A stretch of DNA of 64,000 nt. Origin: Okamejei kenojei (Eukaryota). Below the pieces are notes generated by a model. It was not told where the DNA came from. It ran no database searches and saw nothing but the letters and a program-made list of their open reading frames with translations. Numbering within the stretch: position 1 is the stretch's first letter; every line of letters starts with the position of its first letter. A program made the position numbers and the translations under genes. Shown piece by piece: positions 52,178 to 63,795 of the stretch. Location: the NCBI GenBank assembly GCA_035221665.1, contig CM069142.1:434001-498000 (forward strand), read 5' to 3'.

Positions 52178-54270
52178 CATAGAAACATAGAAACATAGAT
52201 ATTAGGTGCTGGAAGCAGGCCATTCGGCCCTTCGAGCGGCACCGCCTTTCAAATATGATCATGGCCTGATCATCCAAATCAGTATCCTGATACCCGCTCC
52301 TTCTATCCGACTACCCCCTGATCACCTACAGCACAAGGGCCACGTCACCAAGACTCCTCCCTCGTAAATTGTTCATGGCCAACGAATGGCCTTAACTACC
52401 TTGTGGCTTGTGGCGAGTGGAATCCACAGATTCACCACTTCTGTGTGGTAATACAATTTTCTCATCTCGGTCCTTAAAGACTTCCACCTTATCCATAAAA
52501 CTGTGACCCCATGTCCTGGGAACTTCCCCATCACCGGGAACAAACTTCCTGCATGTCTTGCCTGTAAAACCTGTTTAGAATTTTGATAAGTCTATATGAG
52601 ATCCACCCCTTATTTCTAATTTCCAGCGAGTACATGCAAGGTCTATCCAGTCTTTCTTATTAGGGAAGTTGCGTGCCATCCCAGGTAATCAGTCTGTGTG
52701 AACATTCTTGTACCCCCTCTATGGCTAGAATGTCTTTCTCTCAGTTTAGGAGACCAAAACTGTACGCAATTACTCCTGGGTCCTTTATATATGTGGCCCT
52801 CACCAAGACCTGTACAACCTGCAGTTGAAACTCCATGCTCTTGTACTCAAATCCTTTTGCTTTGAATAGCCAACTTACCATTCGCTTCTTCACAGCCTGC
52901 CTGACACCTGCATGAACTACTTTCAATGACTGGTGTCCATGGACCCCAGGTCTCGCTGCATCTCCCACTTTTCCTAATCAGGTACCATTCAAATAATATG
53001 TCTACTTCTCTGTTTTTGCCACCAAAGTGATAAAACCTCACATTTATCCACATTATACTGATATTGCCTTGAATTTGCCCATCAAACACGTCTTATCCAA
53101 GTTTCATCCTGCAGCCTCTTAGCATCCTTTCCCTCACAGCTACACTGCCCCCAGTTTGTGTCATCCGCAAACTTCGAGATGTTGCATTTTATATCCCTCA
53201 CTCCAAAATCTTTAATGTATATGTAAAAAGCTGGTGTACGGTCCCAGCACTGTGTATTGCCGGCACACCCCATAAGTCACTTTATGTCTGCCATCCTGAA
53301 AAGTACCCGTTCTCTCCCACTCTTTGCTTTTCCTGTATGCCAGCCAGTTCTACTATCCACACTCAATATGAACCACAAATAACAGTGTGTTTAAGTTTTG
53401 TATACCACTCTCTTGTGTGGAACTTGTCGAAAGCCTTCTGGAATCGTCCAGATACAACACATCCACTGCTAATCCCTTATCCAACTCTACTAGTTACATC
53501 CTCAAAAAATTCAATAAGATTCGTCAGACAAGATTCCCCTTCGTAAATCCATGCTGACTTTGTCCATTGATTTCACCCACTTTCCAAATGCGTGCTATTC
53601 CCTGCCAGATCTTTTAATAATTGACTCTAGCAGTGTCCCCAATACCTGTAGTTTAGACTAACTGGTCTGTAAGTCCCGTTTTCTTCTCTCCCTCCCTTTT
53701 TAAAAAATGGGGTTAACATTAGGCTACCCTCCAATCCTCAGGAGACTACTCCAGAATCTAAAAAGTTTTGAAAATTATCAACTAATGCATCTGTATTTTG
53801 GGGCTACATTCCTTAAGTACCTGGCATGCCGCCTATCTATGGCTTGGCGGATTACACTATCGGCTTTAATCATCAATTTAGACCCCAAACACCACTTTGA
53901 CCGGGCTAACCTGGATTTCACCATTTCCCTCCATATCATTTGATCCGCGATCCCTGCTTTTAGTTCGGCAAATGATTTGTTGTCTCTCCTTTAGTGAAGA
54001 CATACACCTAAACTAGTTATTGCAATTGGTCTGATGTCCTTGTTACCCCATGATCAATTTCACACGTTTCTGACTGGCAAGGGACCTACATTTGTTTTAA
54101 TAATCTTTTTGCGCTTCAATTATCGAATAAAATCTTTTGCATGTTGTTTTTATGTTTCCTGCCTGTTTGCCTTCATACTCCATTTTCTTTCCTAATTAAG
54201 CCCTTTGTCCTTTCCTTGTTGGTCTCTGACTTTTCCTCCCCAGTCCCTGGTAGGCTGCTTTTTCTTGATG
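52178..54270 (-). mobile_element. CR1 (family A), indel-rich copy
   Basis: (ATAGAAAC)n tail; colinear with 7183-9160; contains ISKFADDT. Confidence 0.88.
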
Positions 54271-55019
54271 ATTTCAAAAGTTGACCATCCAGGTAAGGAT
54301 TGCAGGTGTTTATTCCATAAAAGAACACTTAGTTATAACCATTTTTTTTTTTTTTTAATAACCACCAACAATTTTACTAAACACCATTTTTTTTTTAAAT
54401 TGCAAACTAATTCTTAAGCTGGGTTTCAAACTCAAACTGCTATAATGGAATATAATTAGTGAAATTTGAGTTTGTTGGGAGTATTTCAGAAAGTTTAAAA
54501 GTAAAATTTAATTTTTCAGCAAACAATAATGTTATCAATGTTTCACTTAACAAATGATGTCAATCACGCTGACTAATTCTACTTGCAGAGCAGATAAAAT
54601 ATTTGAAGTGCATGATGACGGTTGATGACGCGCGCGACCGTTTCGTAGTGTCAGTCACTACCGGCCTTGTCGCCGTAAATGACGGCACAAGTGGGAAGGC
54701 CCTTAAAGAAACGAGACTTGCGGTATGTCCGTGTAAGTGGTCGTAGAAGAGATTCGGTGTCGGGCCGAATGAATGAAGACACTAAATTTCTTCGTATATT
54801 TGTGGAAAGAGGAACTAAGATGCTGGCTTACAAGAAAGAGGCACATAAGTGCTGGAGTAACTCAGCGGCCCAGGCAGAGCTTGGCTGGAGAAAGTGGAGA
54901 GGTGATGTTTCGGGTTGGTTCCTATTCATGTTCTCTAGAGATTGCTGCCTGATCCGCTGAGTTTACTTCGGCACTTTCTGCCCTTTTCTTGTATATCAGC
55001 ATCTTCAGTTCCTCTTTCC

Positions 55020-55179
55020 CCCACCACAAATGTACGAAGAGTTGTCTTTTCACTGAAACTATCGTCCAATCTGCGGTCGATCTGACGCACAGCAGCGCAG
55101 AAAAACTCGCAGCGGTTGTGAATTCTGCAGAATGACCAGCGGCTCCGTGTGATCCGTGTCTCGGCACTTCCCTCACAAG
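55020..55179 (+). promoter_or_regulatory. Putative promoter/5' UTR of the V-C1 gene
   Basis: Unique sequence with RUNX-type ACCACA (55023) and TGCGGT (55072), an ETS-type CACTTCC (55165) and a 6-codon uORF at 55132-55152. These are short motifs and could occur by chance. Confidence 0.3.
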
Positions 55180-55228
55180 ATGTCATCGTTTGCAACATTC
55201 ATCTACACACTCTGCCTCCTTCTCCCAG
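55180..55228 (+). CDS. IgSF V-C1 gene, exon 1: signal peptide
   Basis: ATG...MSSFATFIYTLCLLLP+G followed by a phase-1 donor CAG|GTAAGG; typical Ig/TCR-style leader exon. Confidence 0.8.
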
Positions 55229-56143
55229 GTAAGGCATTCATGTTCACGGGAGTTATTGCCTTGCCAACCTCTGTTCTCACGTTGTCTTCCGATAACGTTT
55301 ATTTCTATCCCTTTTGCAATAATGTTTGAATGCTTTTTTGCCGTCTTTTTTGAAATTTAACGTGTAATTTATGCTCAATTTGTTTTTGATTACGTGTTTT
55401 GTTTCAGTGTAGGTGCATTCGATTGCTGTTGCAAGCAAGCTTTTTAATTTAGACACAAAAGCAAATTGAAAAATGCAGTTAAATATGGGGAGAAGGCAGG
55501 CAAGTTTATGTCTCATGAAAGTTCGACGGGCGAAACACGACTATGTTTTCTTTAAGTTAACGAAGGGTTCCGATACCCGAAACGTCACCGTCATTTTTCT
55601 ACAGATTGCTGCCTGACCTGCTGAGTTACTCCTGCCCTTGTGTCTATCTTAAAATAAGCGAGAACGAAGGAAACTGTATCTTGCAAATATAAGACGTTTA
55701 ACGACTAAAATGTTAAGGAACTTGTGCAGATGACCTGGAATCTTCAACAAAACACAGGTGTTGGAGTAACTCAGGTCGCCAGGGTCAGGGGGGGCCCAAC
55801 AGCATCTGTGGAGAACATGGACAGGTGACGTTTCACAACAATGTTGGAGTGTGACTCAGCGGGTCAGGCAGCATCTGTGGAGAACGTGGATAGATGGCGT
55901 TTTCGCCTTCGCGACCTTTCTTTCAGATATGTTCTCCAGAGATTGCTACTAGCGCCGCGTCTCCAACACTTTGTGTCTGTCTTCGATACAGATCGCATTC
56001 TGCAGTTCCTTCCCTACACAAGTAGTTACAGGTGAGAGGAGGGGTGGTTTATTTGCGCCTGGACCTCACTGTCCTTGTGCCCATGATAGTAAACTCGAGT
56101 TACTCGGAAGACGGTCGTTAACTATGTTCACTTTCCGTGCCAG

Positions 56144-56481
56144 GGCCCGCTGTCGGTGTGAGGGTGATCCAGTCTCCTGCTGCTCTGACGCTTCTCCGAA
56201 GGGCAGACAGCTACGTTCACCTGCTCCATGCTACCCGGAGAGGGGGAGGTAAGTTTCAATGAGGATATTCTGGTTTCGGGACGAAAGCAACCCGGAGCTC
56301 TGGGCCAACAAGACCGAGAGTTTTCTGAAGACAGGCGACCGACTGTCCGTGTCTATGGGCTCGCTGGTCATTCGGGAGGTGACTGTGCACGATGCAGACA
56401 CTTACCATTGTGTGGTACTGATAGGTGAAGCATTCCCCTGGAAAATGTTTATAGGAAATGGAACAACATTACACATCCAAG
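56144..56481 (+). CDS. IgSF V-C1 gene, exon 2: germline-joined VJ-type V domain, NKp30/NCR3-like; two +1 frameshifts (~56194, ~56255)
   Basis: Acceptor TTCACTTTCCGTGCCAG, donor CAAG|GTAATT, phase 1/1. Reconstructed: GPAVGVRVIQSPAALTLSEGQTATFTCSMLPGEGEVSSMRIFWFRDESNPELWANKTESFLKTGDRLSVSMGSLVIREVTVHDADTYHCVVLIGEAFPWKMFIGNGTTLHIQ. It has the B-strand C, C-strand W, DxxxYxC and GxGT. Confidence 0.88.
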
Positions 56482-58189
56482 GTAATTAATATAGAACATA
56501 CAACAGGAACAGGCCCTTCAGCCCACAATGTTCGTGCGGACCATGAGGCCAAATTAAACTAACTTGTATATTCATGTGTCTATCCAAACGTCTCTTAAAC
56601 TCTGCGATCGTATCTGCCTCCACAGCCACCCCGAGATCTGATGCGGTGGGATTGGTGAATCACACGAATCCAGTTTTTCCACCCGAAACGCCGCCTGTCC
56701 ATTCCCTCCACAGATGCGGCCTAATAACCGCTGAGTTCCTCCAGCATTTTGTGTTTTGATTAAGACTGCATCCCCTGCAGTTCCCTGTCTCTACTTCCAT
56801 TTCATTCCTGCATTTCATCTCTCTCTATTAATGCTCATTTTCCGGCACAAAACCAACCCAGTCTGACAAAAGGTCCCGAACCCAAACGTCATCTATCCCT
56901 GATTTCCAGAGACGCTGCCTGACCCGCTGAGTTACTCCAGCGCTTTGAGTCTATCTTTGGTTTAAAACAAACTCGCATCTGGTGTTCCTCCCGTCTCCCT
57001 AATGATACAAAATAGATAATGAAAACAACCTCAACCTCGGTCGCAGTGTTTATATCCCCAACAGGTCTAGTGCTGCCATTTAATTATCTTGGTTTCCTTA
57101 CACGGAGGGAGTGTGGAAACAAAAGCCTCTTTGTTTCTCCCAGTTTTCTCTAGATTCCCTCTTGACCTGAATGGCTGAAGGATTCTTGTCTTTGTCAAGT
57201 TCGGTTTAACATTTGCTTCCGGGCTCCAGGGAAGTAGAGTAACTGGCCCTGAAACAATTCCCGGCTGCGATAACCAAATGTGCGGCAGATGCATCATGTT
57301 TACGTGTGAAAATGAACACAACTGAATATAAGCGACAGAATCAATGAGGGCAGCAGTGAGAGAGGGCAGACTCAAAGTGCTGGAGTAACTCATCGGGTCA
57401 GGCAGCACCTCTGGAGATCATGGATCGGCGACGTCTCGGTACGGGGCCCCGACTACAGACTGCGAGAGAGGTTATTACGGAACTGCGTCGGAGGAGGATA
57501 ACTTCTTCAAAGAAGGCATACCTTGATGAATTTCACAGTAGAGCAGACACATGTAGACACTGGTTTATAGCGGGTCAGGCAGCACCTGTGGGGATCATGG
57601 ATAGGTGACGTTTAGGGTCAGGGCCCTTCGTCAGCCTGGATTGGTTTGTGCCTCAACATGCACATTAATAAAGAGACAAAATGCAGGAAGGGAAAGAAAT
57701 AGAAGTGGAGACGGGGAACTGCAGGCGCTGGAGTCTTATTTAAGCAAAACACAAAAGACTGGGGAAGTCGGCGGTTTAAGGCAGGCATTCGGGTTGGGAA
57801 CTTGGGACGCGTGTGAGGTCCCCACCCCACCGCATCAGCGGACAGTGGGGGATGGTCGCACTCACATTCCTCACGCTTCATTGAAGGTGGGGGGGGGGGG
57901 GGAGGGTTTACCGATTCACATTGAAGGCTTCCAGCCGAAACCCTGACCCTGAGACACAAGGAACCGAAGGTGCTGGTTAAAAAAAAGACGCAAAGTGCTG
58001 GAGTAACTCATCGGGTCAGGCAGCATCTCTGGAGAACGTGGACCGTCAGCCATTCCCGCGAATCAGGCCTGTCCGGCTGAATATTTATATGTTCTGTTTT
58101 AGATGTCCATCATCTGCTTTGATTTAGTTTACGGTCTACACGATATTCACGTCTATTTAATGCATTAAAATACACAAAGTAAAATACAC

Positions 58190-58600
58190 TAGGTCTTTAT
58201 TCTTTGGAGCGCAGAAGGTTAAGGGAGGACTTGATTGAGGTCTTTAAAATGATGAAAGGGATAGACAGAGTTGACGTGGATACGTTTTTCCCATTGAGGG
58301 TAGGGAAGATTCAAACAAGAGGGCATGACATGAGAATTAAGGGACAGAAGTTTAGGGGTAACGTGAGGGGGAACTTCTTTACTCAGAGGGTGGTGGCTGT
58401 GTGGAATCAGCTTCCAGCAGAAGTGGTGGAGGCAGGATTGATTTTAACATTTAAGAGTAAAGTGGATAGGTATATGGACGTGAAGGGAATGGAGGGGTAT
58501 GGTCTGAGTGCAGGTAGATGGGACTAGGGGAAAACAAATGGTCGGCACGGACTGGAAGGGCCGAGAGGGCCTGTTTCCGTGCTGTAATTGTTATATGGTT
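58190..58600 (+). mobile_element. CR1 (family B) 3' fragment in intron 2
   Basis: Intact 107-aa reading, near-identical to 19644-20143. Confidence 0.92.
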
Positions 58601-59344
58601 AAGTGCTGGAGGAACTCGGCGCGTCCGGCAGCATCTGTGGAGGGAATGGACACGTGGCGATTCAGACCGAGGAAGGGTCCCGACCCGAAACGCCGCCTGT
58701 CCAATCCCTCCGCAGATTCACTGTGATCATGGCTGATCATCCACAACCAGTATCCCGTTCCTGCCTTTTCCCCATATCCCTGGACTCCACTATCTTTAAG
58801 AGCTCTATAACTCGCTCTTGAAAGCATCGAGAGAATTGGCCTCCACTGCCTTCTGAGGCAGCGAACTCCACAGATTCACAACTCTCTGAGTGAAATGTTT
58901 TTCCTCATCCCCATTCTAAATGGCCTATCCCTTATTCTTAAAAAATCCAGCATCTCCAATCTCCAATTCCATTTCATTCGCTTCCTGTATTTTTCTCTCT
59001 TATTGTGTATTTTGAGACACAGACTGAAGAGATGTAGTCTGTTAGAAGTAACCCGACCCGAAACATTCATATCATCCATGAAGCGTTACTCCAGCACTTT
59101 GTGTCTCGTTACCTATCCATGTTCTCCGGAGATGCCGCCTGACCCTCTGAGTTACTCCAGTACTTGTGCCTTTCTTTGATATAAACCAGCATTTGCAGCT
59201 CCTCTTATTCCGCTACTAATCCAATTGAATTACGTGGCTGCCCCTCCTGCACGGTGCACGGCGTGCCGTGTTATCACAGTTGCTCCAGGCATGACTGAGA
59301 GCGACTGGAAGATTCACAACGTGCTATTTTCCTACTTTACGCAG

Positions 59345-59644
59345 CGAAGCCTGACATCTCCCTGACCCTGGATCCCGGGGTAGAAGGCGCAGAGACGCGG
59401 AGCCTGACTTGTGTGGCCGCCGGATTCTTCCCGAGGGAGCTGAACATGTCCTGGGCTGTCGTGGGCCAGTTGTCCTATGAAACAGAAGCGGGGCCGCTGA
59501 GGGAGAACGGGGATGGAAGCTTCAACGTGAGCTCCCGGTTGCGGCTCACCGACCCTCGGCTAGAGGCGGGCACGGTCGCCACCTGCCTGGTTCAGCACCT
59601 CACGGGGACGGGCTCGGTGAGCGAACGTTTCTCTCCCACCCCAA
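59345..59644 (+). CDS. IgSF V-C1 gene, exon 3: C1-set constant domain, intact
   Basis: Acceptor TATTTTCCTACTTTACGCAG, donor CCAA|GTAAGT, phase 1/1, 300 nt. AKPDISLTLDPGVEGAETRSLTCVAAGFFPRELNMSWAVVGQLSYETEAGPLRENGDGSFNVSSRLRLTDPRLEAGTVATCLVQHLTGTGSVSERFSPTP, with CxxxGFFP, W, NGDGSF and CxVxH. Confidence 0.93.
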
Positions 59645-60389
59645 GTAAGTGGCTTGAATGAACGTGGCAGCCAGCGTCCTCCAATTACTGAAGATACACA
59701 GAGTGCTGGAGGAACTCAGCGGCTCAGTTACTGCCGAGTTACTCCAACATTTTGTGTCGTTCTGCGGTGTAAACTAGTATCTGCAGTTCCGTCCTACACA
59801 TGTCCAAGGTTTAATAGTACATTTGTACAAATTTGTTAAACGTAGCCACAAAGTGCTGAAGTAACTCAGCGGGTCAAGTAGCATCTCTGGAGAACGTTGA
59901 ACGCAATTCATTTACCTGATCAAAAGTGTATAAGATCACTCAATGTGTACAATATCTACTGCAAATATGCATTTAGACTTTTAGACTAAAGATACGCGGA
60001 AAAGGGCATTTCGGCCGATCAGCGATCACCTCATACACTGGGTAGACAACAAAATGCTGGAGGATCTCAGCAAGTGAGGCAGCTTCTGTGTAGAGAAGGA
60101 TATGCGACGTTTCGGGTCGAGACCCTTCTTCTTAAACACATCATACATTAACACTATCCTGCCCATTAGGGACAATTTACAATTTTACCGAAGCCAATTA
60201 ACCTACAAACCTGTCCGTCTTTGGACTGTGGGAGGAAACCGGAGCATCCGTAAAAACCCCACGCAGGTCACGGGGAGCTTAAACTTGTTCCCTTTATACA
60301 AACTCCCACACATCCATATCTCTCGTTTCACCCGTAGTCTCAGGATTGAACCCGCGTCGGACGGCGCTGTAAGGCAGCTACTCAAGTAC

Positions 60390-60538
60390 NNNNNNNNNNN
60401 NNNNNNNNNNNNNNNNNNNNNNNNNNNNNNNNNNNNNNNNNNNNNNNNNNNNNNNNNNNNNNNNNNNNNNNNNNNNNNNNNNNNNNNNNNNNNNNNNNNN
60501 NNNNNNNNNNNNNNNNNNNNNNNNNNNNNNNNNNNNNN
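60390..60538. other. Assembly gap
   Basis: Run of N. Confidence 1.
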
Positions 60539-61317
60539 TATTTGAAACATTTACCGTTATATTATATTATATATATATCTTGGTCTAATAAAGCACTTAC
60601 GCCGTGTTTTAACGGTAAATGTTTTCAAATAATAATGAAAGTTGAAGAAAGATGTATAAAATTGATACTCGAGAAACTGCAGATGCTGGAATCTTGAGCA
60701 ACACACAAAGTGCTGGAGGAACTCAGCATCTGTGGAGGGAATGGACATGCGTCGTTTCGGGTCGGGACCCTTCTTCAGCCCACAGATGCTCCCTGACCCA
60801 CTGAGTTCCCCCAGCACTTTGTGTTTTGCTCAAGATTCCAGCATCTGCAGTTCCTTGTCTCTCCATAAACTATGCACTGTACTTAATTATTACCATTTCA
60901 ATATCGCTCACGGAGCCCCACCGGTTATAGTGCTGCTGTTCAGGAGTATGAAGAATGGGATTAAAGTGAGGGGGAAAGATTCAATAGGAACCTGAGATGC
61001 AACAGTTTTCTGAATTCAGGCTGCCAGAGGAGGTAGTTGAGGCAGGTACTATCACAATGATTAAAAAACATTTGGACAGGTACATGGATAGGATAGGGGC
61101 ATCTTGGTCACTGTACGCAAAGGGCCTGTTTCCACACTGTACGATCAATGACTTTTTATGACTCACATGAAATGGGATGTTGCTAAATTTGGTGATGACA
61201 CAGACAGTTGGAAAGTAATGTGGAGACACAGGAATCTCAGATGCTGGAATCCTGCATAAACACAAAGTGCTGGAGGAACTCAACGGGTCAGGCTGCATCT
61301 GTGGAGAACATGGATAG

Positions 61318-61350
61318 GTGATGTTTCGGGTCAGGACCCTTCTTCAGACT
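61318..61350 (-). ncRNA. Penelope-type minimal hammerhead ribozyme motif (similar copies at ~57607, 60106, 60752, 62072, 62821)
   Basis: The minus strand reads CTGAAGA-A-GGGTC-CT-GACCC-GAAA-C: hammerhead core CUGANGA, stem II and GAAA, within a Penelope terminal-repeat-derived sequence. Confidence 0.5.
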
Positions 61351-61778
61351 GAATATTGTATTATGAAATATTGTAATGTATACGACTCCTATGTGATGTT
61401 GCTAAATTTTCGAATGATACAAAGACAGATAGGAAAGTTGACTGTGGATAGAATATATGAACAAGAAAATAGGTGAAGTATAGCATAATGTGGGGAAAAA
61501 GTTCAAAATTGTATATTTTGATGAGAACAAAAGCTTTTTGCTGTATCTCAGTCCACGTGACCATAAACTAACCTAAACTAAAACAAAATAGTTAAAAAAA
61601 GTTCTGACACAGGTTGCGACCTGAAAAGTTGAATCTGATTTTCTCTTCACAAATACCGCCTGATCTTATGAGTATTTAAGTTCTTATTGAGGGTGGTGTG
61701 AGCTGGGGCGTGCTGCCAGGGGTGGTCGGGGAGGTAGATGCCATTTGTGGTGTTAGACGTTACAGGTTTTGATAGGCA

Positions 61779-61902
61779 CATGGAATTGCAGGGAATGGAG
61801 GGATATGGATTATATGCAAACATGGAATTGCAGGGAATGGAGGGATATGGATTATATGCAAACATGGAATTGCAGGGAGTGGAGGGATATGGATTATATG
61901 CA
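61779..61902 (+). repeat. 42-bp unit x3, derived from a CR1 3' end
   Basis: CATGGAATTGCAGGGAATGGAGGGATATGGATTATATGCAAA repeated three times. Confidence 0.9.
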
Positions 61903-62224
61903 ACCAGAGATTAGTTTAACTTGGCATCATGTTCCTCATGGCCATAGTGGGCTGAAGGACCTGTTCCTGTATTGTTATATGTTCTACTTTACAGTAGTTT
62001 TCTTGTTTTCATTGGTCTATCTTCGGTATAAACCAGCATCTGCATTTCTTTCCTACATTCTCTATCTATCTGTCTGAAAAAGGGTTGCGACCCAAAACGT
62101 CACCTATAGTATTTCATTTCTTTAGACAAGCTGACTGAACCGCTGAGTTACTACAGCCATTTGTGTCTACCTTCTGATTTTTATTTACTTTTTATTTACT
62201 TTTGAAATTATTGCCACTTTTCCC

Positions 62225-62945
62225 CCAGGTAAAAATTCCCCTGCAACCGCAAGGAATGCAACACCTGTCCCTATACCTCTTCCCTCAATTCCATCCCGGG
62301 ATCCCGGTAGTCCTTTCAGGTTAGGCAGAGGTTCACTTGCATCCCCTCCAACCTCACCTACTGTATCCGTTGTTCGAGGTATGGACTCTGATACATCGGC
62401 GAGACCAAATGTAGACTGGGCGATCGTTTCGCTGAACACCTTCGCTCAGTCCGCCTGGACCTGCCTGATCTCCTGGTTGCTAAACACTTTAATTCTCCCT
62501 CCCATTCCCACACTGACCTTTCTGTCCTACCTCCTCCATTGTCAAAGTGAGGTTAAATGGAAATTGGAGGAACAACATCACATATTTTGCTTGGGCAGCT
62601 TACAGCCCAGTGGCATGTATATTGATTTCTCCAACTTCAAGTAACCCTTGCATTCCCTCTCTCTCTCCACCCCTCCCCATCCAAGTCACAACAGCTTTTT
62701 GTTCTCACGTAGCTACAGCTAACAATTACCTGTTTCCTTTATCATCAATACTTTTTTGCATATCTATATCTCTCTACATCAGTGTCGATATCTCTTGTTT
62801 CCCTTTCCCTTGACTTTCAGTCTGAAGAGGTCTTGACTCAAAACGTCACCTATTCCTTCTCTCCAGAGATGCTTCTGTCCCGCTGAGTTACTTCAGCATT
62901 TTGTGTCTATCTTCGGGCTAAACCAGCATCCGCAGTTCCTTCCTA
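62225..62945 (+). mobile_element. Penelope GIY-YIG endonuclease fragment plus terminal repeat
   Basis: PCNRKECNTCPY, QRFTC...YCIRC, YIGETKCRLGDRFAEHLRSV, KLEEQHHIFCLGSLQPSG. Confidence 0.88.
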
Positions 62946-63795
62946 TGAAATTCTGCTCATCTCTCTATCGTCTAATTTGCTCCCTGTTCTCACGATCGGT
63001 CATTGACCTGTTTCTTTAACTTTCTCTTTCCACATTTGCTGCCGGACCTGCTGCATATTTCCAGCATTTTATTTCTTTTCTTTATTTTTTTTAAAGTTTT
63101 TTATTGTAGATTGGTTACTTTACTTACTAACTAACCAATGTAGTGCTTTATTATTATATGACAGGAGACAGCGTTTATCCTCTGTGACTTGGGAGATTGT
63201 GGTTTCATAGTAAATGATTTACTGAAGTCAGTAAGCAGATATAGCAAATCAACGTGAAAGGTAGATAGTGGAAATGTCAAGGACTAGAGGGCATAGCTTC
63301 AAGGTGAGAGAGGCAAAGTTTAAAGGAGATGTACGGGACAAGTTGTTTTAAACAGAGGGTGGGAGTGCATGGATCATGCTGCTAGTAGTGGCGGTGGAGG
63401 TTGATATGATAGTGGCATTTAAGAGGTGTTCAGATAGGCATATGGATGTGCAGGGAATGGAGGGATACGATTCACGTGTAGGCAGAGAAGATTGGTTTGA
63501 CTTGGCTCCATGTTGGTCTCAGACATTGCAGCTGAAGGGCCTGCACTATGTTCTATGCTTTATGAGGTTGGCAGATTCCGTGCACAACACGTTCCAAGAC
63601 AGACCATTATATTAAGGATTCACTGTTGATTTTGCATAATGATTTTTCCTTGTTCTTTGGTTTATAAGGGGCAAAGTTTAACAAAGATGTGCAGGGTGAG
63701 TTTTTGTACACAGAGGGTGGTGTGTTTCACTTCTCATAAACAGATCGGTAATTTACAACACGTCTTCTTCTTATCGAGTCCACACCCAAGATTAG

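Noticed and set aside
56249-56254. GAG|GTAAGT donor-like site inside the V exon
   Set aside because: Using it would remove the C-strand Trp and the second Cys. It may be created by the inserted base and is not supported as a real exon end.
56524-56560. CACAATG heptamer-like motif after the V exon as a possible RSS
   Set aside because: It is ~40 nt into the intron, part of a common repeat (GGCCCTTCAGCCCACAATG), has no correctly spaced nonamer, and the V exon already contains its J-like strand.
56144-59644. Assigning the symbol NCR3, TRV/IGL or SIRP
   Set aside because: Similarity was judged by eye only. The V+C1 architecture does not match canonical NCR3, so phylogeny is needed.
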